64,000 nucleotides of DNA from Bilabrum cf. latius (lineage: Eukaryota): positions 806,001 to 870,000 of the forward strand of contig OZ237760.1 of NCBI GenBank assembly GCA_965178125.1, written 5' to 3'. Made by a program: the position numbers and the translations under genes. The notes under the pieces are model-generated. The model was not told the DNA's origin. It saw nothing but the letters and a program-made list of their open reading frames with translations, and ran no database searches. Positions 26,501-38,672 of this stretch are shown here, piece by piece. Each line of letters starts with the position of its first letter. Positions within the stretch are counted from its first letter, which is position 1.

Positions 26501-28272
26501 ACCGGCGCAAGGAGAGGCGCGACGGTGGGGCGGCGGCCTTCTCCCGCGCGCAGGCGGACGAGCTCTTCCACATCGCCAACCGGGAATCGGGGGTGCCTGC
26601 CACCCTGGATGCCATCAGGGAACACCAGGCCTCCAAGGAACAGGCGGCCGTCGCGGCAGCTGCGAGCCCAAGGGGTATCGCCGCCGGGTCCCCCCTCCGT
26701 CGGAAGCGCAGCATGCGCAAGAAGCCTTCCTTCTCCTTCTCCCCGTCGGCTGGCAGGGGAAAGGCGAGGTCGGGGCTGCAACAGACGATGGACGCGGCCC
26801 TGCCACTGGCAGATGCAGTCAGCTCCAGCCCCCGGCGGAACCGACGCGGCACCGCATCGTCCTCCGGTAGCAGGCACCGCGGCAGGAAGCACTCGTCACA
26901 CCAACCGAAGCAGGGCCAGGGTGTGGAGGGCCAGTCGGCCGCGTCCTCCCGCACGGACTAGGGGTGGGCACTGGAGGAGGACGCCGGAGTGGAGAACCCG
27001 GAGGATGCGCTGACTCCAAGAGAGTTCATTGAGGCGATCGTGAGGGTGGCGTGCGCGGTATACGCGGATCTGAGAGTGGGCGCGGTGGCGCGGGAGGGTG
27101 GTCAAACCGCGCTAGAGGCTCTGGAGGATGCAGGTGTCGGCATAGGAATGAGAGCGGGAGAAACGGGAGGGACAGACGCACAAGCAGCAGAGGGGGCGAG
27201 GAGCTTCGACGAGCAGGCACCCGCGCCCATGCACGTGCGTCTGGAATTCATGCTGAGCAGGCACCTGCTGCGGCACGCGAACTCGAGGGAGCCCGGTGCG
27301 TTCCGGGTGGCGCTGGCCCAGGACGGTCCGTAGCTGGTCATCGCGCATTTCTCCAGGCAAATCCGCGCTGTGTTCGAGCACGCGTGCAGGAGCCAGCACC
27401 GGCACTGGGTCAGGCGATACCGCGGTCGCTGGGAGCAGCACCTGGTGCACGTCAGGGAACAGCGGGAGCTGGCTGCCCGCCGGCAGAGGAGGAGGAACTT
27501 TGGCATCGCGGGATCGCGGGGGAGCGGAAAAGGGAAGGGTAACACCGGGGTACCTGGTGGTGTAGATGCCTCCGGCATGCCTCCGTCCATCTTCCGGTCC
27601 AGCACCATGCCTGACAGGCCGCAGGGCAGGTAGGACCGGCTGAGAAGCGCGTCCGGTCAGGAGTAGGAGCAGGAGCAGGATCTCGATGCCGGGATGGATA
27701 TCGTGGACGTCAAGAACGGGGGCTCAGGAGGTGCGGTCGGGTGGAGGGGCGGCCCTGATGGCCGGCAGTCAGCTCCCCTTGACGTGGGTGAAGGCGAGGG
27801 GGGGGGTGCGACACCCGATGAGGAGGATGCAGTGCCGCCGCCCCCCAAGCGAGCCCTTGTTCTCTGGGGCTGGATCCGGTGCCTCAAGTTCCTGGGGGTG
27901 CTGGCTCCGAAAGGGGGTCAGCTCACCGCGGGGGGCGGGCGCAGGCTGCCGGCCCGGCGAGCTGACGGGAGGTGGGGCCTGTTGTCTGCCAAGCACGCCG
28001 CCCGCATCTTCAGCAACTGTCAGAGCGAGGAGGAGGAGCAGCAGAACGAGGAGGAGGGGGAGGGGGGGGAGGGTGGGGCAGGCCCGACCGTGGGGATGCA
28101 GGCAGGGGCTGGCGATAGTCCCGCCCGAGACGCAGACGATGAGATGGTGTTCCCCGAGTTCGTGGAGGCGCTGTGCGCCACTGCAAACTTTGTTGTGAGG
28201 GAGCCGCAGCTGCCGGCGGAGACGAGGCTGGAGCTGTGCTTCCAGCATGTGCTGCCTGCCGTGCGAGGGTGA
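14599..28272 (+). CDS. Very large (~4557 aa) uncharacterised protein, mostly low-complexity, with a coiled coil and C-terminal degenerate EF-hand-like segments; 16 in-frame TAGs
   Basis: ORF-track pieces 14452, 15154, 16489, 17782, 19189, 22396, 23137, 23821, 25132, 26989, 27370 and 27694 share one frame. TAGs at 14893, 15136, 16306, 17716, 19093, 19096, 22336, 22348, 23113, 23803, 24919, 25114, 26959, 27331, 27631, 27664. Motifs MSSSQFMRLLKDCRVL, LTPREFIEAIVRVA, MVFPEFVEALCATA. Ends TGA. Confidence 0.8.
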
Positions 28273-28513
28273 CCTTCGAGGGGGGATGTACGGTGCACAT
28301 GGCCCAAAGGTGGATCGGATCAATGGCTTTGGGCTCCGGATCAGGTATTTTGCGATCCAAATTTCCATTAAATCTTACCATTGTAGAAGTTAAGAAAGCT
28401 ATAGCAGCACAATAGGCAATTATTTCATTTAACTGTTACAATTCCTTTGTTTAGTGGCAGAAGAAAGTCATTGCTACCCACTGAACACCGTGATAGGCCG
28501 GCGATTGGCTTCC

Positions 28514-31500
28514 ATGTGCAACTGCTCAAACAAACTTGCGATCAGCACCCTTTTACTGGTGGCGGTCATTGGTTCTGCGAGTACCCAACACAAAATGATC
28601 TCGGAAACATGCTGCTCAGTGGCCCAAATTATTCCACGGATTCTGAGAAAGGGAAGCTACACTGAAGAAGCCAAGCAAGTACAGAGCTGGGCACGAACCG
28701 CATGCAATTCGGCTGATCAGCAAAATCTGCCTGACGATAGCGTTCATAGTTGCATACCACACATATTTGCAGTTGTGAACGTCACCGCTATGGTCTCTCG
28801 CCACGGTCCAGGCGCAGCAGTGCACGGCTCCTTGCGAACATTGGAGAGCACTTTCACAGGCAACAGTACCGTGCTGCAATAGATCGAGAGGTCAAGCTTG
28901 CAGATTGTGCGGACATGTGGCGCCTAGCACGGCTGGTGGAAGTGCGATCATTCTCCCGGTGCTGGCACTGGCGCCGGCCCCGGAAGCAGACGGCCTCAAG
29001 CTGCTGCATCCCGACTTCATGCAGCCAGGGCGGAAGCAGCCTCCATCCTGCTGAACCGACTGGCCACCGCCTCGGAACTTGAGGAGCGAACCGACGCAAG
29101 CCTCCGCGTCGTATCTCACTGGGTGTCTGCCACCGCACGATCTAGCCAGCCGTCGCTTGGTACGGCCGACGGCGCTGGCAAAGACACCGATGAGACTGGC
29201 ACATCTTCACACTACAAGTAGGACCCGCTCCCAAAGATCGGCACAGCGTCCCTCCTGCTGCGATTGGCCGCTGCGCGAGCCTTGCTGGCCGGTGCCGCGC
29301 GCGTGCTGGGTTCATCTGCAGAGGAGAGCGGCAGCGGCAGTCCGGACCCCCACGCCTTGTTGCTTGCAGGCCACGCGAGCCAGCAGGCCGCTGAGGGCCT
29401 GTCGAGGGTAATCCACGAGCAAGGGGCCAGGGGCAGCCTGCCAGGACACGAGGCTCTGGCGCTGATGAGGGTGCAGTCCACTGCAGTCCAATTGCTGCTG
29501 CAGGCAGGTGCGCAGAGCGGGAGGCAGCTTCGGCGAGACGCCCGAGCAGCTGGGGTTGGGCTGGTGAACCAACGGCAAGCAGGGGCAGGGGAAAGACAAA
29601 TCGAGAGTAGAGGAGGTGCCTTGGAGCCCGAGAGCGGTGGAAGCTCTAATCAATCAGAGTTGATGGATCAAGCGTACAGTGGCACCATCAGTGGTGATAG
29701 TCTCGGCAAGGAGCAGCTGCCAGCGCATTGCACCGAGCTGTGGCCTGCAGAGGGGCTTGCCACAGAGGTTTGCGCCACTGTGCAGCTCGTACACACAATT
29801 GGTGCCTGGAATCAAGCACAGCAGCAAAATGGAACTGACGGAGACCCCAGAAGCAGCAGCAGCGCTTCAGGCCTCTAGATCCGTGTCCCGGCAGCAGCCA
29901 GGCTCGCCCCTCGATTCGCGCTGCGTGCTGCCCGCGCCCTTGCTGCCACTATTCGCAATGCTGGTCCGATGGACATCGCAATGAATGCAACGCAAGGCGT
30001 GCTCGTGCTGCGACAGGTGGCAGGCAGCGTGAACGAGACTTGGGAACAGCGCGCAGCTTGGCTCAAAGGGGTGCAGCTGCAGCGATAGGTGGCTGCTGCT
30101 GCGGTGGGCATGGACCACACGGCAGTCGCGCTGGCGAAGATGCCTGCAGTGGGCCTGTCACCGAGCTGGCGCATGGGCAGAGACAATCGGTACGGGCGAG
30201 AGAGGGGGGAGCGAGACCCGCCGGCCGAGGCATCCTGGGGCGCGGAGAGGCGCAAGGCGGACGATGCCCAAAGGGTGGATGGGACGTACGACGCGACGGG
30301 AAGTCTAGCACGAGCAATTGGCGGGGCGATCGTAAGCTGTGCCAATAGTTTGGCAGCAGGGGGTCCTGCAGACAGGACATGCGCGCCCGTGCAGTGGGCA
30401 AGCAGCAGCACTAGCAGCGGCGGCGAGCGTGATGGACAGCTCACAGCCCTTGTGGATACCCTGGTCCCACCGCAACTTGTGATGGATGCTAGAGAAGCGC
30501 GGGGCTAGAACGTCTCGAGAGGGATCCGGTTGGTGGTTCCCTCTGCTGCGCAGGGCCCGGTCGTGCTGGCGCGGTTTGCCTGTGGCCGTGCACAAGCGAT
30601 GCAACAGCTGTGGGACCTCGAGCTGGCCTTCAACACCACGTCTCGCGACCCAAGAATTCATGCCGGTTCCCACGGCCTGACCTCGATCAATTTCGATGGG
30701 CCGGACTTTGAAGAGGCTCAGGCGAGCTACCTGGCAGGCCTCGCTGCTGCCCGGGTTGCCACCGACACGATAGGTGCCTTGCACAGCTGCTGGGACGCAA
30801 GGCAGAGGGCTTTGCGGGCTGTGGCAGCCGCCTGTAGGTTGCAGCGTGCGGCCGTGCCGTTGCATGACCAGGACATGTGCCAGGAGGTGTTCACTCGCAT
30901 GGCCTCTGGTTGGCTTGGCAATGCTGCAGGTGGCGCCACGAGAGCCGATGGGGTGCTAGATCGAGCTGTGCTCGTGGGTGCTCAGGCGGAGGCCATGCTG
31001 ACAGCGCGAGGCGCAAGACTGCTGCGATCTGCACCATATATCACACGGAAGGATCGTACGGGGGGGGCGGGTGACGTGCCCAGGATCGGGCCAGCTGGAG
31101 ACCCCCACCTGAGCTCTCACTTGGTGGAGTGGGAGCGGCTGGTGCAGCATCGGGTCACTGCTGCAGCGCGCAGGGAGGGCGCCTTGTCCGAGACGCTCTC
31201 TCTGTGGGCAGATTCCCCCGAGAGGTCTGCACAGGAGCATGTGCGGGTCCTGGGGCGAGCGGCGGTCCAACATGGTCAGGTCTTGCTTGGCTCGACTGCC
31301 GATGCACTGTCAGAGGCGGGTCTGGGCCACACCTCTGCCGCAAGCCAAGGCACGCGCGTATTCAAGGGCGTGCAAACCTTGTCTCGGCAGTCGGTACTGC
31401 ACCTTGCTCTCCGGTCGATGGGCGGTAGCCTAGCGGGTATCCTGTGTCAGGCACCCCGCCCGGAGAATAGGACTGGTGGCGAGACCAACGACGGCGACGG

Positions 31501-34500
31501 AGGAGCCAATGCCACTGCAGCATTTGGGCCAGCAGTGGTGGTGCCAGTCAGCAGCTCGTGCCCTGCGTCGGAAGCGATGACCAGGCTGCACGCACTTCTC
31601 ATCTTTCGCATGCGGCAGGCTCTCCTTGGTGCTCTCATGGCTGGAGTGGACGGGAACGATGCGTTGGGCAGCACCGTGAGAGCTTGGAGCTGGGACATAG
31701 ATCGCAAGGAGATGGAATCGATCCCTTGTGTAAGCGAGTGCATCCCAGAGGCGCTGGCAGCGGGCACGCCAGAATTTGAGGGGGCAAGCGAAGGCGCCGG
31801 CCCAATCGTCACGCTGACACGCGCCGTGCAAGCCAGGCCAGCGTGCACCGCGTGCCTGGCCGCCCTCTCGACACATATCCGGGTGGAGGGCATAGAGCAA
31901 GCACGCACCAGGAGCACGCGATCCTTCAATGATTCTCATGGGTAGCATGCGTTGGACCTGTACGAAGGCGAAGCGCCCTGGTGGGCCGTCTCGCCCCGAG
32001 GGACGGGGTCTTGCACCTGGGCATCCGTGGCGCACGAGAATGGAGACACGCGCAGCTAGGGGCTGCGCACATCGCTCGAGGCTTTCTCCGTGGAGGACTG
32101 CCAGATCGGTGCGGTGATGATGGCACGCAGGGTGCAGCGCACTGCAAATGCGGCAGCCAGCCTGGGTATGGGCACTGACGCGACCACCGCCGCGATGCTG
32201 GTGCTGCGTCATCGAGCAGGATGCACAGGCGCGTACGCCCGTGGGGAGCCGTGCGACCGGGACTGGAGCCTGGAGGCCGGTATGGGAGACCATGCCGCCA
32301 GCGTGCTCGACGTGGGAGGGGGTGAGCAGCTCGTGAGGATGTCCGCACTGGCGCGAGTGGCCCTCGAGGCTGCCAGGCCGAGTCTCGGCTCACCTGCTGG
32401 GTCGCATGGCTCCAGCTTCAGCGCTGGTGTGCAGGTCGGCTGGGAAAGAGCCTGGCTGGATGCGCTCCCCGGGTCCATCCGAGCCGCTGAGAACCATGAG
32501 GTGTTGGCTGGACACGCGATGGCGAGGGGACTGGCGCCCGGGCGACTCAAGGGGCGTGCAGCGCGGTGGTGCAGGGCGGGGGGAGAGGCGGGCCGGGCCC
32601 GAGGGGCTGACGCGGGCTGCTTCGAGGTCCTTAAAGGCGGAGGTGGGCGCGCTGTGGACGGGTTCCTCGAGATTCCGACCAGTTCGTCGGGCCTGGATCC
32701 GTGCTTGGTGGCAGGAGGTGACGCTGCGCAGTCCTTGCGGAACATATCAGCGCAGGTAGACCGTCTGGTGGCCGGCAGTGCACTGGACCGTACCAGCTCC
32801 GGACATCTGGTGCCACGAGTGAATGGCAGCCAGGTGCTAATTCGGCCTGGGTTGGGATATCGGGGCGGGTCATGGGCCGATGCGCCGCCCCCTGCTGCGA
32901 CCCAGCCGCTGCTTCCCTCACCACCAATCCAGCACCACGGCCACGAAGAGGCAGAGATGGACAGGGCTGTCGATCGCCTGGACGCCGCGTTCAGAACCCG
33001 GAATCTGCAACTGTGCGGGGACAGGGAGCAGATTGAGCCCCAGCTCAAGGCATACGCAGCCTATCACCTGGTGGGTCCTCAGCTGCGCAGGGAGGCCCTG
33101 TTCGCCCTCGGGGTATGCGATAGCGTGTGTGCTGTAGTGAGGAGGCGAGAGGAAGCTGGAGCTGGTGCATGGGCAAGTGAGAGTGCGAGCAACCACAGGG
33201 GCAGTGCGGGGCCATACCCCGGCGCTTGGGTCGGTAAGCTCCTTTGGTACGGTGCGCAGTGCGGGTGTGGTGCTCCCCGCTGGGGTGGGCGGGGTGGTCT
33301 GCTCGCCCAGGACGTCCGGGGCGACCACGATGAGGAGCGACTGGCTTCTGGGGGCACCTGGCTGCAGATGAACGTGCGGCACCCGGGTTGGGCCGAGCAT
33401 ACGCTCCCTGCCCTGCGACCCCCCCGCCAGGCCATCGAGTCCAGCGGGGGGGTGCCCCCCTCTAGCGTGCTGCAGCTGTCAGCGATATGGCCGGGCTCCC
33501 ACGTGAAGCCGCACTGCGGGCCTCATAACCTGCGATGGAGGCTTCAGGTGCCACTGCTTGTGCCCTGCTATCGAGACTGCAACTCGAGCAGCCCCGGCTT
33601 CGATGGGCCCCGCATCCGGGTGCACGGCACTGCGCATGGATGGGACGAGCAGAGCCCGGACATGGCACCAGGCGAGCTTGGCTCCGGTGGCGCGGGGAGT
33701 GAGGCAAGCGCCGCTTCACTGCTGCAGGGGCGTGCACTGCACTTTGACGACGCCTTCGTGCACGAAGTGGATTCGCCCCATGCCCCGGGGACGTGCCGGT
33801 GGGGCGGATCACCCAGTCGAGCCCGGGGCGCGCCATTCCCTGCTGCCAATGCACAAGTGCTGCCTGACGGATCACAGGGCGTGCAGGAGGAACCGCCGAG
33901 CGACACCTGGCTGAATGCCGCACATGTCCTGACCGCAGGCCTGCACACTCTGGGCCCCGTATCGGCCCAGCCCGAGGGCACGATGCCGTGCAGGCTCAGG
34001 AAGAGGTGGGGCCTGACTGGGAGAGGGGGGGAGGGATTGTGGCCGAGGAGGAGTCTCAGTGGAGGTGCATTGCATGGGGGTGATCAAGGGCCGGTGCACA
34101 CGTGGTGGAGCGGTTCCATCCTGCACAATGCAAGCGCGGGGCTGCCCACGAACCGCAGTGCGCGCTCCGGTGATGATCACAGTACGGTACCATCCCTATC
34201 ATTACCATCACTATCATCATCACTGCCGCTGCCAGGCCGCCGAGGAGAGGAGAACGAGACCGAGGCAGGGGAGGGCAAAGCAGCAGCGGATGCAAGCGGC
34301 ATGTGCAGGCAGTACCCACAGCCGGTGGTGGACCCCTCAGATGAGGCATTAAACCTGGAGGACCGATCTGATGCAGGTCACGTCGGCGGGTGGCGGCGGT
34401 CGGTCCACCGCAGGCTGTGCGTCCTCGACGCGGAGGCTGCTTGGCAGGTGTGGACGGGGCTGCCGAGGATTGTGCTGCTGACCGACTTATGGCCGCCATC

Positions 34501-34552
34501 CATGCACCTGGATGCTGATCTCCGACAGAGAGTGTCCTCGACACAGTCATGA
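28514..34552 (+). CDS. Large (~2012 aa) signal-peptide protein with a C-terminal aspartyl/asparaginyl beta-hydroxylase (2OG-Fe(II)) domain; 8 in-frame TAGs
   Basis: N-terminus MCNCSNKLAISTLLLVAVIGSAST. TAGs at 28880, 28925, 29219, 29876, 30086, 30506, 31943 and 32057 join co-frame ORFs. ASPH-type motifs PGSHVKPHCGPHNLRWRLQVPLLVP, FDDAFVHEV, RIVLLTDLW. Ends TGA. Confidence 0.82.
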
Positions 34553-34677
34553 TCGGTTGGTACTGCAGTGACCCTGCCCCTAGATCGCGGAAGGCTGCTG
34601 CTTCAGTTGCTCCGAGTCGCTCAGGCAAGTTTGCCTGTCGTTAGCGCAAATACTGCGGGTAGGCCTGCCCAAGCTCG

Positions 34678-36555
34678 ATGGAGCGCGAGCACAAAGAGTC
34701 ATCGCTAGACGAGCGGGGTCGAAGTAGGCCTCCTGTTCTTGCCGAGGTCGAGGCTTTGCTTGGCTTGTCGAATGGAGGTCCAAGCTCCAGTCGTCAGGGT
34801 CAATCCGAAGCCGCTGGGTCCAGAATTTCCGAAACCCTGAACTTAGCAAATATAATAAGCTCTGTCGCATCGCCAGCGGTTTCGGTGGAGCCTTCCGCTT
34901 CCGATAAAAAGCGAACGTCTGTGCCAGCACCTCCTCAAGAAAATTTAAAACTGTTCTCAGATGGGAACCTGGCGTACCGTGTGCGCTGCTTGAGGCAGCC
35001 AGAACATAGAGTACTAGTATCTTATCAGGTGGAACAACAACCATTTTCTGCAGTGTTTACTGCAAGACCAAGCTCGGGCATGCAACTGCCGGATGCCATC
35101 GGGAGGGACCCTGATGGCACCATATCCGAATGGCAGCTAGAGCGGGAGCCAGATTCGGTTGCAGGTTCATGGTTGCCGTACGGCAGGCGGCGTTGGGGCG
35201 CGGAATGGTGGGAAAAGGCTACTCTGGGAGACAATGCGCCGGCAGCGGTTGCCGATGGAGACGATACCCCAAGCGCTCCGAAATCGGTGGTACCTAGCCT
35301 CCCCAGGGCGTTGGAGGAGGCCGCATCAAGGCTTATTGCAAAATCAATCCGAGCCCAGGCCCCCGCTCAGACGGATGCTACCGCTAGCGCGCGCGATGAG
35401 AAGCCGAGCAAGCCTCGGGAGGCACTGCCGTCAGTCACGAGCCTCCCGCCGATCGGTGGATCCAGTGGAGGGTCCCAATCACCGCCTGCGTTGACTAGCC
35501 ACACAACCACTGACCGTCCAACCGCGAGCGTGCAACAGCTCGGCACTGCGCCCGAGCGAGCAGGCGAGCAAGCACCTGCCCCGCGAGACGCAGAGGTGCT
35601 CGGGGCGGGGTACTGCGGGGTCCTCTCCGAGTGGCTCCTACTCGAGATGCGATGCGTCGTGGGGAACAAAAAAGGCGTCAGCGCCGCCGCCGCACCCGCC
35701 GCTGCATCAGACCCGCCGGGTGCAGACGAGCTGAGGGCGATGCGAGCAAGCCTCAGGTAGCAGCTGCGCGATGCGGAATCGAAGCTCCAGGCAGTTGGAG
35801 CGGAACCTGCCGGCGCGGCGCCGGGATCCAGCGCAGAGGAGCGCATGAGGGTGATGGATCTGAGGGTGATGGCCCGGGCCCTGGAGGACCCTGCCTACGG
35901 GGAATCTGGGGCTGAGGCTGGGGCTGAGGCTGGGGCAGGGGCTGGGGCAGGGGCTGGGGAGAGCAAGGGTGGTGAGGGGGACGAGGAGGAGGGATGCGTG
36001 GGTGGCACGGATTTGTCTACTCCCGTGGAAATCGGCGTGCTCCGGTTCTTCGTGGCTCACGCAGAGGCATCCTCATCGTCGTCATCGTCACAGCCCTCCC
36101 CATCATCACTATTATCACCATCCTTACTCACCACAGCTACAGGCGCGGCAAAGGGGAGTGCAGGGGTCAGCCGGTGTGCCGCCTCCAGGGCAGAGGCAGA
36201 GGGGGTGCTTCCATCCGGGGTCTGGCTGCTGACGAGACCAATCGAGGCCTTGTCCCCGCGCCACTGCAGGTTCTCCTGTGCCTCTTTGGCCGCTGCAGCA
36301 GCGGATGGGCTGGCCCCAGGTGGCTGGCTGGACGGGAATGCGGTGCGGGAGGGGAAGGAAGGGGCTGCCCCGGCCTTGCCACTGGGAAGCGGGCCCTCTG
36401 TGCTGCCGCTGGAAGCTGCGCAGTAGGCGTGGCTGGCTGCCAAAAGGTCTCCCGAGCTGAGGGAGGGTCGCGGGTGGGCCGCTGCCCAGGCGTGGACTAG
36501 GCACGCGCTGGGACTCGCAGCCGATCGCGCCATGGAATACCTTCAATCTGATTGA
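34678..36555 (+). CDS. Hypothetical protein (~625 aa), in-frame TAGs at 35758 and 36424
   Basis: ORFs 34678 and 35845 are co-frame. The frame stays open past the TAG at 36424 to a TGA at 36553, where GC content drops. Confidence 0.65.
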
Positions 36556-36945
36556 TGGCAAGAAGTTAGATAGCTAGATCTACTAGTAGTAGACAGCTAG
36601 ATCGTGTTGACGGCAGCAAACAGGCAAGGTCTGGCGGGTAAATACGTCACGGTATCTAGATTGGCGCAGTGCTTGGGCGAGTCGACACGTGCAAGTAAGG
36701 CCTCAATCGGCGCACAATTCAAATTTTCAATTTATTTTTGGGTGCACGGTGCACCTCCTCTGCCTGTGTACACTGTACAGACCCCCGCGCGGGGGGTGGA
36801 CGGCGCGGACGGGTTAAGGGGGGGTGGGGGGGGTTGCAACTGGCAGTGGGGGGGGGGTGATGAGGGGTGCTGCCAGTGGACTTCCGATATTCCACCCCTC
36901 TGCCTGCCTCGACACGCACCAATACACTCCTAACTCACCGCTGCA

Positions 36946-38364
36946 ATGCGCTCAAGAAAGCGCGAAGCGAGCCATGACAAGGTTTCATCTGCTCGGCTCG
37001 GCAGCGGCACATTCTCTGGTGCATTCACTGCTATGAAGAGCGGCAACTGCAATATTCTGGTTGCCTGCGTGGGTTTGGCGGTTCTCTTGAGCACTACCTT
37101 TTACTTGGGGCGCCAATCAAACGGGGCAGCTCTGCAATATCCAGAAGATTTGTCGCTGCGTTCCGGTCAACAGACTACCAGAGCTCGAATGGACGATCAG
37201 AATACAGACAGTATTGGACCTAGCTTTGTTGAGCCAGCCGTGATGGGTGCGCTGGAGGACGACGACATCCGGTGCGCTGCAAGGCTGCTGGTGGAAGCCA
37301 AGCAACATATAAAGCCTGTCCTCGTTCCTAAGGACGTCATTGGGCTGAGCTTGATTTTCTGTGGCAGTTCCGGAAGATCATACTTGGAGTACGGTAGCGG
37401 TGGTTCCACTCGAATGGCCACTGCTTCAAAGATGCTGCACGACAATGGGGGCGGACAGCACAGCGTGCTCATGGTGGAGGGCAGCCAACACTTTCTTGCC
37501 ACTTTGGCAGACAAGCTGTCGGCGGATGTGACCAGGCTGCAGCCAGGGACTCCGCCCCTCGTGTACTCTACGGCCCCCTTGCTCGGCCCCCTTGCTCCTT
37601 GGAGCTACCCGGTTGGTTCGAAGCAGGTACGGAACAAGCACGGGGTGGCAACATCGAGCGATACCAATGTGTTCATGCATTCCTACCCCATCTACTCGAA
37701 GGGAGGCCAGGAGATGATGCGCCAGTCCGCCCTATTCACCCCTTCGAACCCGCCTCCCCTTCGCCCAGGATGGCCGCAGAGGGTATTTGGCAGGCCGGCC
37801 AGCCGCCAGGACAGGGACGTACCGGAGTTCGTGTTCGTGGACGGCCGATTCCGAGTTGCCTGCGTGCTCCGGGTGATCAAGGAGTGGGGAGACGTTCCCT
37901 TGATTATGATGGACGACTTCAGCGCGAGGGAGTGGCAGTTCGGTACGGTGCTGAGGTTCTCAAGGCCATGGCTAGGGCTGGACACCTTCGTGAGGCAGGG
38001 CGTAGCCTCCATGATGAAGATGGCAGAAGATGGAACCACTGGAACGGCACATCGCAAGCCGGTGTCAGCTGAAGAGCTGCGCGAGCACTTGGAGCCTCTG
38101 TCCGAGCTGCCCGTAGTAGGGCTGGAGGAGGCCAAGCAGTACACTGACACGCAGATGCCCAAGTTTTTGTCCAAGATCCTGAAGAAGGCAGGCCCCGCTC
38201 CAGCCGGTTTCCTCAACGACAACTTCTTGGAGCAGTCGGAGAAGATGTCCCTACGAAGCATGGGAATGCAGAGGGCTCTCTGGTTCAGGGGCTTGCCCAG
38301 GGGGGAGCGGGACGAGGCGGCGCTAGATGCAGCGATCGAGGCGTTCAGCTTCATCGCGCAGTGA
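36946..38364 (+). CDS. Type II membrane class I SAM-dependent methyltransferase-like protein (472 aa; start could be the later ATG at ~37034)
   Basis: TM segment ILVACVGLAVLLSTTFYL; motifs YLEYGSGGST and FVFVDGRFRVAC..MMDDF. No TAG; ends TGA. Confidence 0.7.
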   Translation: MRSRKREASHDKVSSARLGSGTFSGAFTAMKSGNCNILVACVGLAVLLSTTFYLGRQSNGAALQYPEDLSLRSGQQTTRARMDDQNTDSIGPSFVEPAVMGALEDDDIRCAARLLVEAKQHIKPVLVPKDVIGLSLIFCGSSGRSYLEYGSGGSTRMATASKMLHDNGGGQHSVLMVEGSQHFLATLADKLSADVTRLQPGTPPLVYSTAPLLGPLAPWSYPVGSKQVRNKHGVATSSDTNVFMHSYPIYSKGGQEMMRQSALFTPSNPPPLRPGWPQRVFGRPASRQDRDVPEFVFVDGRFRVACVLRVIKEWGDVPLIMMDDFSAREWQFGTVLRFSRPWLGLDTFVRQGVASMMKMAEDGTTGTAHRKPVSAEELREHLEPLSELPVVGLEEAKQYTDTQMPKFLSKILKKAGPAPAGFLNDNFLEQSEKMSLRSMGMQRALWFRGLPRGERDEAALDAAIEAFSFIAQ

Positions 38365-38672
38365 TGATGGCAGGCGCATTGATCGTTTGAATGACCCTCG
38401 AATCCACGACAGAGCGAGCCAGATCGCGCACGCGTCAACTACAACCGCGTTGACGATAAGCCTATACTGCAGCAGACCAACATTGCAGTATAAGATACCA
38501 CACCTGCGTGACACTTTGACTACCAGCCTTGTCTAGAATAGACCTATAGCCCTATGGGGACCACTGGTGGCACTATAATGCCGTGCAGGTCAGGATCACG
38601 CCTGTGGCATCCTGTTTTTACCCATAATCTCGAGTCTGTTCAACAGTCAACTCCACAATCAATATTAAAGAT

